In this document: one piece after another, positions 40,410 through 48,646 of the stretch
Layout: each line of letters starts with the position of its first letter
Position numbering within the stretch: position 1 is the first letter of the stretch
Source of the DNA: Gemmatimonadota bacterium
GTDB lineage: Bacteria > Latescibacterota > UBA2968 > UBA8231
DNA length: 64,000 nucleotides
Direction: 5' to 3'
NCBI GenBank assembly: GCA_038153405.1
Contig: JAYOYH010000007.1
Location: 32,001-96,000, forward strand
Notes under the pieces: generated by a model
What the model was told of the DNA's origin: nothing
The model's input: the letters and a program-made list of their open reading frames with translations, nothing else
Database searches by the model: none
Position numbers and translations under genes: made by a program

Positions 40410-40509
40410 GGCCAATCAAGTAGACATTTTTTTACGCTCAATACCTAGGCTCTAATCGCGCAGCGTGCGCGGGGATGACCTAAGGTGTTTTTCTTCAAGG
40501 AGAAGAAGT

Positions 40510-41442
40510 ATGAGGAAGCTGAGCATAGCTGCAGCTGCAGTGGTCGGTTTGGCCGGTGCCGCTTTCGCCCAGGGCGAAAGGGTATTCGACCTGCCGAAGC
40601 TTACCCAGGCACCCGTTCTCGACGGTGTCATTGACGGCGATGAGTGGAACGGTTCGCTCGAACTCGACTGTTCCCCCTCGCGCGTTCAGGCCGACGGTGC
40701 CGAGTATGGCTGGCGCGACATCGAAGCCCAGCAGAGCGAAGTTAGCGTCAATCAGTTGGTGCAGTCGGATGGCGAAGATGCCGCGATTGCCCGCACCGAT
40801 GCCGACTTCAGCTCGCGCATTTGGCAGGCTTGGGATGACGACGGCCTGTGGGTCGTAACCGCCGCTGCCGACAACGTCCATGACGTTGAGGGTGGTGACC
40901 GCGGTTGGGCCTGGTGGGAGCGCGATAGCCTCTCCCTCTACGTCGATCTGCTCAACGAAAAAGAAGAGTCTGTGCTCAACGGTGAATACACCGCGCTGAA
41001 TATCATCAACTTCCAGGCTCGTCCGCTTGAGTCCAGCCCCTACACCGTTTCGTGGGCCCGCACGGTTGAAAATGCGCGTTCTGACGAAGACGGTAACGAT
41101 CCCGACCTCGTCGCTGGTTTCGACAACGGCTATCGCGACGCAGGCGACGAGTTTGGTGGCGAAGCAGACTACGTCCTTGAGATGTTTATTCCCTGGGAGA
41201 ACCTGCTCCGTTTTAACCTGCCCGCCACGCCGGTCGTCGGCACCGAGATGGGTTTCTCTTGGCTGCCGCCAGATCCGGATGGCGATGACGCCTACGGCGG
41301 TCAGTTGCAGTGCTGGGGATGGGCTGATGACCCCTCCAACTACTCCACTTGGATCTTCTCCGACATGCCGGCTGGTCCCGCTGGTGGCAGCACGGCCGTC
41401 GAGAGCGATTCATGGGGTCGCATCAAGACGACGTTCCAGTAA
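40510..41442 (+). CDS. Exported CBM9/DOMON-like protein with C-terminal TAVE..SWGRIK motif
   Basis: AAGGAG RBS; signal peptide AFA-Q; APVLDGVIDGDEW, AWDDDGLW, WERDSLSLYVD, YVLEMFIPW. Confidence 0.75.
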   Translation: MRKLSIAAAAVVGLAGAAFAQGERVFDLPKLTQAPVLDGVIDGDEWNGSLELDCSPSRVQADGAEYGWRDIEAQQSEVSVNQLVQSDGEDAAIARTDADFSSRIWQAWDDDGLWVVTAAADNVHDVEGGDRGWAWWERDSLSLYVDLLNEKEESVLNGEYTALNIINFQARPLESSPYTVSWARTVENARSDEDGNDPDLVAGFDNGYRDAGDEFGGEADYVLEMFIPWENLLRFNLPATPVVGTEMGFSWLPPDPDGDDAYGGQLQCWGWADDPSNYSTWIFSDMPAGPAGGSTAVESDSWGRIKTTFQ

Positions 41443-41482
41443 GACTGGGCTTTATAGCCTGATGTAAAGGTCGTATTGTTGA

Positions 41483-41542
41483 GTTTCATGCCGGGGAAGT
41501 TACTTCCTCGGCATGAAACCTATAGAGGCCTATGCCTTTTTT
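41483..41542 (+). other. 17-bp stem-loop followed by a short hairpin and U-tract
   Basis: GTTTCATGCCGGGGAAG-tta-CTTCCTCGGCATGAAAC (41483-41519), then AGGC-ctat-GCCT-TTTTT. Confidence 0.75.
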
Positions 41543-41607
41543 CACTACAATACAAATTTGGATACGTGCCCGTGCGGGTGCGTGTCGAGGATGACGGGGA
41601 GCCGACG

Positions 41608-44600
41608 GTGAAAACGCCCTTCAAGGTGAATTTAAGCCAAATAGCACGGTTCTTGGCGTTGGTTGGCTTATGGACGCTTGCCTCCCAGGCCGATGCGCAG
41701 CGCCATCCGGAATCGCAGGGCCCCTTGCCCTACTATCGCGATGAACCGGGGGTGTTGCCGGAGCCTGAATGGCTGCATCGCCCCGAGTTCATCCGTGGGC
41801 CGCGGGATCGCTATGAGCGCGGTGCCAATCGACTGTTTTTGGCCACAGGGGACGACGTTCCCTACCTCAACTACGCCGAAGAGCGCTTTATCCTCTCGCA
41901 GCGAGAGTTAATTCCTTGGTTCCAGCCCAAAGGCCGTTCTTGGAAATTTCGCAACACGCGCTGGGATCGCATGGGCAATTATATGGGATCCCCCTCCAGT
42001 ACATCCTCGCCGGCCAGCGGTTATTTGCGGCTGTTTTCTTGGGAGGAAACGCGCAGCGACGACGACGGTTTAGGGCGCAGTTTTATCGACCATCGCTCGC
42101 CTTCGCCGTGGGGGCCGCCTGCCGGATATAACGACGCCACTTTGCGCATAGGTCATTACAACTATAAAGATCTTCACTGGACGGCTACCGTCGGTCAGAG
42201 TGTGCGCAGTTATTTCACGCCGTTGACGCTAGCGCAAAGCCATCTTTCCGTGGCGCGCTTGGACTTCGATAATAAATTCGGCAAAGACCGCGCCACGATT
42301 CTGCTCAACAGGGGGCGGACGCGGCCCGGTGGCCTCTTTTCCGAATGGGCTTCCGTTGGCGGTGAAACCGAAGATGCCAACCCAGTCCTTATGTACGGTC
42401 TCCACTACAAGCATCGCTTCGGCCGCTACGCCCAATTTGGCACGACGCTCCTCAACCAGGTTTTGAACCAACCCGGATCCGGCAGCAGCAGTCCTTTGAA
42501 GGGCGATCTGCCCTACGATATGCTCGGTCCGCGCGTGATTCGCGTGTTCATCGCCGATGATTCACCCAGAGAGAGCCTGCACAATGCCAAGGTCTACGGC
42601 GTCGACATCGTCGTTCGCGGCACGCGCGGAGACCAGCCCGTGACCCTTAGCAACCGCCAGGGGGAATTCTACGACCCGGGTTTAGAGCCGGTAGTGGCAG
42701 GTGGGCGGTTGCTGAGCGGAGATGGGCGGGAGGCGGTCGGTCTTGAAACGGTCGTGTATGAATTTACTATTCCGGGTGATATTACGGCGACCTCGGCCCG
42801 CTTCTTCGCCGATGTCTCCAACGACTATCGAATTGGCATTCGGCAAATCTACGATTTTCCCGGCATTAGCCGCTCGGGCGAGCTCGATTTGGAAGAGCGG
42901 GTTTGGCCCGACGACTTCGTCACCACCGAATCCGTCACGCGCCGCCCCTTTAAGTGGGATATCCAGGAGGGCGAGGAACCCTATTATACGGTGGCCCGTT
43001 CGGAGGGCGTGGGGCAAAATGGTTCAAACCGTCGCGTCGTGCAGTTCGATCACGGCATTCCCACGGGCCAGAACCTATTTTCGTTCGACGCACAGGCCAA
43101 TCTCATCGGTCTGAAGTTCAGCGGCGAAATCGTCCGCAACAATCAGAATTACATCTATCCCGTAGGCCGCAATGACGGGCGGCGGACCAGCCACAAGGCG
43201 TTGGCCTATTGGCTCAACGTCAAAAAGGATATTGGGATTGCCAAGCGCTTGGGCGCGCAGCTGGGCGCCGAGTTTTTTCGCTTGGATCCCAGCTATAGCG
43301 GCGGCTATGACAGCCAGCGCGGCGGCATGGCCTTCCACTTAGATCTGCAGGAATCACCGGGTGGGCGCGTGAAGTCGGATACGCAGGAGTACGGACTGGT
43401 CGAAGACAACGACGACGACGATCAGTGGCCCGATGATTTTGTCGAAGATACAGCCTCGCCGGGACGCCTTTCTTACCCCGGTTGGCCCAACGCATCCGTA
43501 TATCCGGGCTTGGACGAAAATCTCGACAATATTCCCGACGTCGACCGCAACGAAAACTTTGTGCCCGATTGGAACGAGGCATTTCTCACCTACGATGTCG
43601 ATCCGCCAGAGTTTGTCTACGGAATAGACTTTAACAACAACGGCATGCCGGATTTTCGCGAGAACGACGACTTGCCCGACTATCCTTATCGCCGGGATCA
43701 AAAGGGACGCCACTTCTTCCTATTGCTTGACCGCTTGGGCGGCTGGGGCAAATCCATTTCCGCTGGCTACTATAAGTCGAACGAGATTGCTGGCGGGACT
43801 GAGGCCAAAAGCATGTACCTGCGCTATGCTCTCGAAAAGCAGCGAGATGGGGTGGGGAGTTTACAAATCAACATCGATACCAAGATCGTAGAGGACAATA
43901 TTCAAGACGATAGCTACGTGTATATCGTCCCGCCCAACGACGACGATGTCATTCCCTGGCTCAACAAGCCGGACCATCATCCCGACGTTGCCGGTCGCTA
44001 CCGTCCTGCAACGCCCGATCCGCTGCTGATGCGCGACAGCTGGGTCAATACCGCTTATATCGACGCCGATTACCTGAAGATTGCGAATATGCGCATTCAC
44101 AATGCGCTGCTGTGGACGCGCAACAGCATGTCCGAGATTCCCCTTGAAGGAGGCGGAGATGGCGAGTTGTTGCAGGCCGAAGACGTCCGCTCGCGCCTCA
44201 TCGTGATCAACAAAGTCGATCGAACCTGGTTGCTTAAGTCCATCGCGATTTCGACCAAGTTCAAACACCGCTTAATCTACGAAAATGTCGACAGCGAAGA
44301 AGATCCGCGCATATCAGCTTCCGATTTTATTCCCATCGTGATGGGGGAGTATGCGCTGACGCCCAAGACCCGATTGGTGCTGGGCGCACAGGGCATGCCT
44401 TTTTTGCCCATGAAGCACTGGGATAGAGCCAATAAAGACGGCACTTATTCTCAGACCGACTACGCCTTCATGTACAAGATGCGCTCGGAGTATTTCGGTT
44501 TTGAAAACGACTTCTTCTTCGGCTATTTGCTTACGGATAGGCAGCACACTCGATTGCGCGACCGCGACTTCAATCGCGGCACGTTTTTCGTCGAAGTCAT

Positions 44601-44613
44601 AACGCCATTCTAA
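41608..44613 (+). CDS. Large putative outer-membrane beta-barrel protein A (~1000 aa), uncharacterised
   Basis: GTG after GGGGAG; signal peptide ADA-Q; amphipathic beta-strand runs; ends FFVEVITPF; Asp-rich insert. Confidence 0.6.
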   Translation: MKTPFKVNLSQIARFLALVGLWTLASQADAQRHPESQGPLPYYRDEPGVLPEPEWLHRPEFIRGPRDRYERGANRLFLATGDDVPYLNYAEERFILSQRELIPWFQPKGRSWKFRNTRWDRMGNYMGSPSSTSSPASGYLRLFSWEETRSDDDGLGRSFIDHRSPSPWGPPAGYNDATLRIGHYNYKDLHWTATVGQSVRSYFTPLTLAQSHLSVARLDFDNKFGKDRATILLNRGRTRPGGLFSEWASVGGETEDANPVLMYGLHYKHRFGRYAQFGTTLLNQVLNQPGSGSSSPLKGDLPYDMLGPRVIRVFIADDSPRESLHNAKVYGVDIVVRGTRGDQPVTLSNRQGEFYDPGLEPVVAGGRLLSGDGREAVGLETVVYEFTIPGDITATSARFFADVSNDYRIGIRQIYDFPGISRSGELDLEERVWPDDFVTTESVTRRPFKWDIQEGEEPYYTVARSEGVGQNGSNRRVVQFDHGIPTGQNLFSFDAQANLIGLKFSGEIVRNNQNYIYPVGRNDGRRTSHKALAYWLNVKKDIGIAKRLGAQLGAEFFRLDPSYSGGYDSQRGGMAFHLDLQESPGGRVKSDTQEYGLVEDNDDDDQWPDDFVEDTASPGRLSYPGWPNASVYPGLDENLDNIPDVDRNENFVPDWNEAFLTYDVDPPEFVYGIDFNNNGMPDFRENDDLPDYPYRRDQKGRHFFLLLDRLGGWGKSISAGYYKSNEIAGGTEAKSMYLRYALEKQRDGVGSLQINIDTKIVEDNIQDDSYVYIVPPNDDDVIPWLNKPDHHPDVAGRYRPATPDPLLMRDSWVNTAYIDADYLKIANMRIHNALLWTRNSMSEIPLEGGGDGELLQAEDVRSRLIVINKVDRTWLLKSIAISTKFKHRLIYENVDSEEDPRISASDFIPIVMGEYALTPKTRLVLGAQGMPFLPMKHWDRANKDGTYSQTDYAFMYKMRSEYFGFENDFFFGYLLTDRQHTRLRDRDFNRGTFFVEVITPF

Positions 44614-44618
44614 TCACG

Positions 44619-45380
44619 GTGAATGCGATGCCTCTGTTGAACTATACCGGCATACTCGCGGCTCTGTTGATCGCGGGATGCGCGCTTCCTCCGCACTCTG
44701 TCCTTAAGTATCAGGTGCAGGCTTTACCCATTATCCCCGCGGGTGAATCGGTCTTTTACGAAGATCCGGTAGACAGCACCATTGTTTGGAGCAAAGAGGG
44801 CCTACAAATCAAAGTCCGGTTTTACAACGACGACATGCTCGATGCCCGTTTTGATCCGAGAGTGAGCCCCTATACGCTGACCGGATGGAGCGATCCAATC
44901 TTGGGGTACACGCCGCCGCTGTGGACGACGTTTGAAATCACGGTGATCAACCGCACGCGCGAACGCGTAGAACTCGACCCGACACAGGCCATACTGCGAC
45001 TGGACAATGGCAACCATCTCTATTGTCGTCAAGGCGTTGGGGTTTGGAAGACGCTGCCGCACTACTACGACTACAGCTATCTGAAGTGGAGTGGCCGCCA
45101 GGGCAACGTCGAGTTTTATGCCAATACGGACCGTAACGCCATTTGGAACCGCACGGAATTTCAGCGCGAAAAGCCCGTGCGCAAAGGGCGCAAATACACG
45201 GGTATGCTAACCTTTCCTCGGCTGCCCAATGACGTCGAGTCGTTCACCCTTGAAATCAACGATTTCATCTTGGCCTATGACAGTGCCGAAGCCGGTTTTG
45301 GCAATCCGATAGAGTTTACTGATATACACTTTGACTTTACAGTGAAGCAGGGAGTGGTCACCGTGGAGAGGAGTCGCTAA
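44619..45380 (+). CDS. Lipoprotein, paralog of 56517-57311
   Basis: IAGC lipobox; shared motifs with the 56517 gene. Confidence 0.75.
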   Translation: MNAMPLLNYTGILAALLIAGCALPPHSVLKYQVQALPIIPAGESVFYEDPVDSTIVWSKEGLQIKVRFYNDDMLDARFDPRVSPYTLTGWSDPILGYTPPLWTTFEITVINRTRERVELDPTQAILRLDNGNHLYCRQGVGVWKTLPHYYDYSYLKWSGRQGNVEFYANTDRNAIWNRTEFQREKPVRKGRKYTGMLTFPRLPNDVESFTLEINDFILAYDSAEAGFGNPIEFTDIHFDFTVKQGVVTVERSR

Positions 45381-46049
45381 ATGAGAGCGCCTGCTCTATA
45401 CATGCGCGCGTTTGCCGTGTTTGCTGCGTTGGCTGCCGTTGTTGGCTGTGGAAATCTGAAATACCAGGCGCTCAAGGGGACCAGCGTGGAGAATCCACCG
45501 CAGGCTCCGGTGAAGGTCTACGTAAAGGAGTTCCCCGTTACGAGCAAGGCCAATGTAATCGATCCCAATGCCGCGCTGGGGGACGGCGGTTACGGTGGAG
45601 GCGGGCGATCGATCAATGCGCTGGCGGAAGTGGGCAATGCCATCATGGTCATATCGAGGCCCTCGCGCATCGAAGACCTAACCCGTTCCCTACTGCGCGA
45701 ACTGCGTCCGCGGCAGCTGCGCATCTTTTCCGAGTACGATCGGGTAACAGACTTGAAGGGCGTTCGCAATATTGACAACCCATTTGTCCTCGTGCCGCCG
45801 GAAGACGAGTCGGCGCAGCTCGAAATTAGTGGCACTGTCTACTTGTTGAGCGAACGCGTCGAGCAGCGTTTTTCGCAAAACAGCAGCAGCGCGCGCGTGG
45901 AGCTTGTAGTGCGTGATGTTGCCAGCGGGGAAGAGGTTCGCTTGCCGCCGACGGCGGCCGGTATAAGCATGACCTATAACTCGAAAGAATTGGAAGAGGC
46001 GATCGCCATTTTCATCTCCACGCTGCTAACCCAAAAGACGCTCTTTTGA
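45381..46049 (+). CDS. Lipoprotein with probable CsgG/TolB-N-like fold
   Basis: VVGC lipobox; VYVKEFP, LEISGTV, VELVVRDVASGE. Confidence 0.6.
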   Translation: MRAPALYMRAFAVFAALAAVVGCGNLKYQALKGTSVENPPQAPVKVYVKEFPVTSKANVIDPNAALGDGGYGGGGRSINALAEVGNAIMVISRPSRIEDLTRSLLRELRPRQLRIFSEYDRVTDLKGVRNIDNPFVLVPPEDESAQLEISGTVYLLSERVEQRFSQNSSSARVELVVRDVASGEEVRLPPTAAGISMTYNSKELEEAIAIFISTLLTQKTLF

Positions 46050-46050
46050 G

Positions 46051-47697
46051 GTGGTGAGGAAGATTGCCTTGGTATCAATGGTAACCATGCTGACGGCCTT
46101 TCCCAGCGCAGTGGATGCTGCAAGCCAAACGGTGACTTGGCGTTGGGATGGCGAGGATGCGAGTGTCTTGCAGTTGCTGCAGACAAGCGTTGACGTCGGC
46201 CGCGGAGTTGTGTTGGACGTGCTCTCGCCAGACAAAAATATAGCTTTGGGAGCGATCGCGCGGAACGATTTTGGTCTGCGTGAACCGCTGACGGACGGGG
46301 AGGTCTCTCTGGTTGCCAGCGAGTGGATATCCAATACGCCGAACGTATTCGGTCGATATTTCACCGTTGACCTTGGTGTAAACCGTGCGATAACGCGGGT
46401 GCGGGTGCGGCCCGGTCAAACCGCGATTAACCAACCGGAATACTACATCCGCGGATACAGAGTGGAAGCGGCCTTGGAAAATGATCCGGATATTTGGCGT
46501 CTGCTGGCCGAAGAGCGCACGAACTTCAATTTGCTAATTGACACCGGTGCGGACTCTACGTGGGCCGTTGTGGCCGATGGTCAACTCGCTTCTCGTTTGG
46601 GCCGCTACGTGCGCTTTACCATTACCCGGCAGGACCGCAGCAATTGGGTGGCAATTGGCGATATCGAGGTGTTCGGCGAGGGCGTTGAGGCTGAGGGTAC
46701 GGCTCAATACACCTGGTTGCCGCAAGCACCGGTGAATGTGGGGCGCATACGGTGGCAGACCGAAGACCGTGCAGAGGGATTTAGTCTGTCTGCCAAGGGC
46801 GGTGATGAAACGTGGTCTACCGTCAACCCGCTGGAGTCCGATCGGTCTTTTGCAGGAGCTGAACCGATCGACTCGCTGCAATTTATGGCCTCGCTGTCGA
46901 CTCACGATCCGTTTGCCACGCCCGTTTGGCGCGGGGTAGAGGTCGAATACGACACGCGCTTAGTCGCCGACGGGGCGTTGGGGGCGGTTGAGCCCAACGC
47001 GGTTGCCCGCGGGGAGTGGGCCGAGATTAACTACAGCATTGAACTGGCACTGCGAGCGGATAATTACGGTGTGGATAGGGTGCTATTGGACGGAACGGCG
47101 CTGGTCGTTGATGGGCTGCGCGTGGATGGCGTCTTGCTGAGCAATAATGAGTATAGCTACAGCGCCAACGACGAATTGGGTCAGACTGAGATACAGATAA
47201 ACCGCGCGGTCTTGCAGACGGCTCTGCTCCAAATAGAAGGCCGGGGCCTTTTCCTCAACGAGGTAACGGAGATAGGATTTCGCGTTGGCAATGCGCAGCA
47301 GGAAGAAGCCGACGGCTATATTAACTGGCAAAACGGCCGAGAGAGCCCGGTGGCTAGTTGGCGCGTGCGCGCTCAGGGAACACCCGGCGAATTGCTCGGC
47401 GAGATCGAGCTTTCCGAGCGGCCATTCTCGCCCTACGAAAGCAAAGAGCTGACGTTCAAGTTTATCGTCTCCAATTTGAACAACCCAACGGATATCGTCC
47501 TTTCGCTCTATCGTTTGAACGGCGTGCGGGTCCGGCAAATGCAGCAAAACGGCGGTGCGCGGCCCTATGAATTCCGCTGGGATGGAAGGGATGAAGGGGA
47601 CCGATTGGTGGACCCCGGTCTCTACTTGTACGAGGTAAGAGTAGCCGGTGGCGGCGAGAGGAGCGGGCGGCGAGGAACATGCGTTGTCGCCTATTAG
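46051..47697 (+). CDS. Exported protein with discoidin-like domain and C-terminal FlgD-Ig/T9SS-CTD-like domain
   Basis: Signal peptide; FTVDLG..RYVRF..IGDIEVFG; PFSP..LYRLNGVRVR..WDGRD..VDPGLYLY..GTCVVAY. Confidence 0.75.
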   Translation: MVRKIALVSMVTMLTAFPSAVDAASQTVTWRWDGEDASVLQLLQTSVDVGRGVVLDVLSPDKNIALGAIARNDFGLREPLTDGEVSLVASEWISNTPNVFGRYFTVDLGVNRAITRVRVRPGQTAINQPEYYIRGYRVEAALENDPDIWRLLAEERTNFNLLIDTGADSTWAVVADGQLASRLGRYVRFTITRQDRSNWVAIGDIEVFGEGVEAEGTAQYTWLPQAPVNVGRIRWQTEDRAEGFSLSAKGGDETWSTVNPLESDRSFAGAEPIDSLQFMASLSTHDPFATPVWRGVEVEYDTRLVADGALGAVEPNAVARGEWAEINYSIELALRADNYGVDRVLLDGTALVVDGLRVDGVLLSNNEYSYSANDELGQTEIQINRAVLQTALLQIEGRGLFLNEVTEIGFRVGNAQQEEADGYINWQNGRESPVASWRVRAQGTPGELLGEIELSERPFSPYESKELTFKFIVSNLNNPTDIVLSLYRLNGVRVRQMQQNGGARPYEFRWDGRDEGDRLVDPGLYLYEVRVAGGGERSGRRGTCVVAY

Positions 47698-48547
47698 AAG
47701 CTGGTTGTTGTTCATTAATTGTTTGGGACTCAGTGTCGTAGGGCCAGTCGGCGCCGCGTTTGAAACGGGGGCAGGGGCGTATTCCACTGCGCTGGGCAAC
47801 GCTTTTTCGGCCGGGGTAGAATCGGCCGAAGGAGTATGGTTTAATCCTGCGACCTCTGCTAGGCTGCGTTTGCCGCGCGTCGCCATAACGCAGGGTGCGC
47901 TCTACTCAGGGCTGAGCGATCGCCCAAGCATCAGCGCTGCAGCCGGTGTTTGGCCCCGGCGCTGGGGCACGCTGCAGGCGGGTTTTTCCGGCCTGTGGGC
48001 AGATGATTGGGCTGAAAGCCAGTGGCTATTGGGCTACGGTCGCGTGCTGCACCCTCGGTTGTCGGTTGGAGCGCAGCTGCGGACGGCCAGTTGGAGTTCG
48101 GGGCGCTATGGGCAGCGCCGCTGGCTGGCCACCGTCGGTGCCCTATACGAAGCGGGGTGGGTCAGTTCGCGTTCCTACGTTCGCTTTTCGGCTGTCGTGG
48201 CCAATATAGGCCGGCCCGATTCCAAGTCGGCCAGGGCGTCGGGTATGCCCGCGCGTTCGCATACGTTGGGCATGCAGGTTCGAAATGCAACGCGTGCCCT
48301 CTTGCTCGACTTGGTCGAACAGGGCGGCGATTGGCAGGCGCGCTGCGGGTATGAATCGGTGCTGCGCGCCGAATTAAAGCTGCGGCTTGGAGCGACGGTA
48401 TTGCGGGGTGATACCGTAAATAAGACCGGGCATATAGGACTGGGGTACGAGTGGAAAAACGTGCATTTTGACTATGCGTTTTCGCGTTCGTACGACCTAA
48501 ACGACTTCGGGGCCGACCACCGTTTTGGCATTGGCTATGCTTGGTGA
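47684..48547 (+). CDS. PorV/PorQ/PorP-like outer-membrane beta-barrel
   Basis: TTG after GAGGA; GAYSTALGNAFSA..GVWFNPA and DYAF..HRFGIGYAW. Confidence 0.72.
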   Translation: MSPIRSWLLFINCLGLSVVGPVGAAFETGAGAYSTALGNAFSAGVESAEGVWFNPATSARLRLPRVAITQGALYSGLSDRPSISAAAGVWPRRWGTLQAGFSGLWADDWAESQWLLGYGRVLHPRLSVGAQLRTASWSSGRYGQRRWLATVGALYEAGWVSSRSYVRFSAVVANIGRPDSKSARASGMPARSHTLGMQVRNATRALLLDLVEQGGDWQARCGYESVLRAELKLRLGATVLRGDTVNKTGHIGLGYEWKNVHFDYAFSRSYDLNDFGADHRFGIGYAW

Positions 48548-48646
48548 GGTTTCGGACGCAACGAAAAGGCAAAAGGATTCGCTGAGCGGAGGCGAATGTC
48601 CATGAAAATAGAGCGGTTTTTATACTTCTCGGGTGAGGGAGCAATT

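Noticed and set aside
41476..41607. ORF-track N-terminal extension of barrel A (likewise extensions at 11008, 17136, 37216, 40465)
   Set aside because: It runs through a stem-loop or neighbouring gene; downstream starts have an RBS and give proper signal peptides
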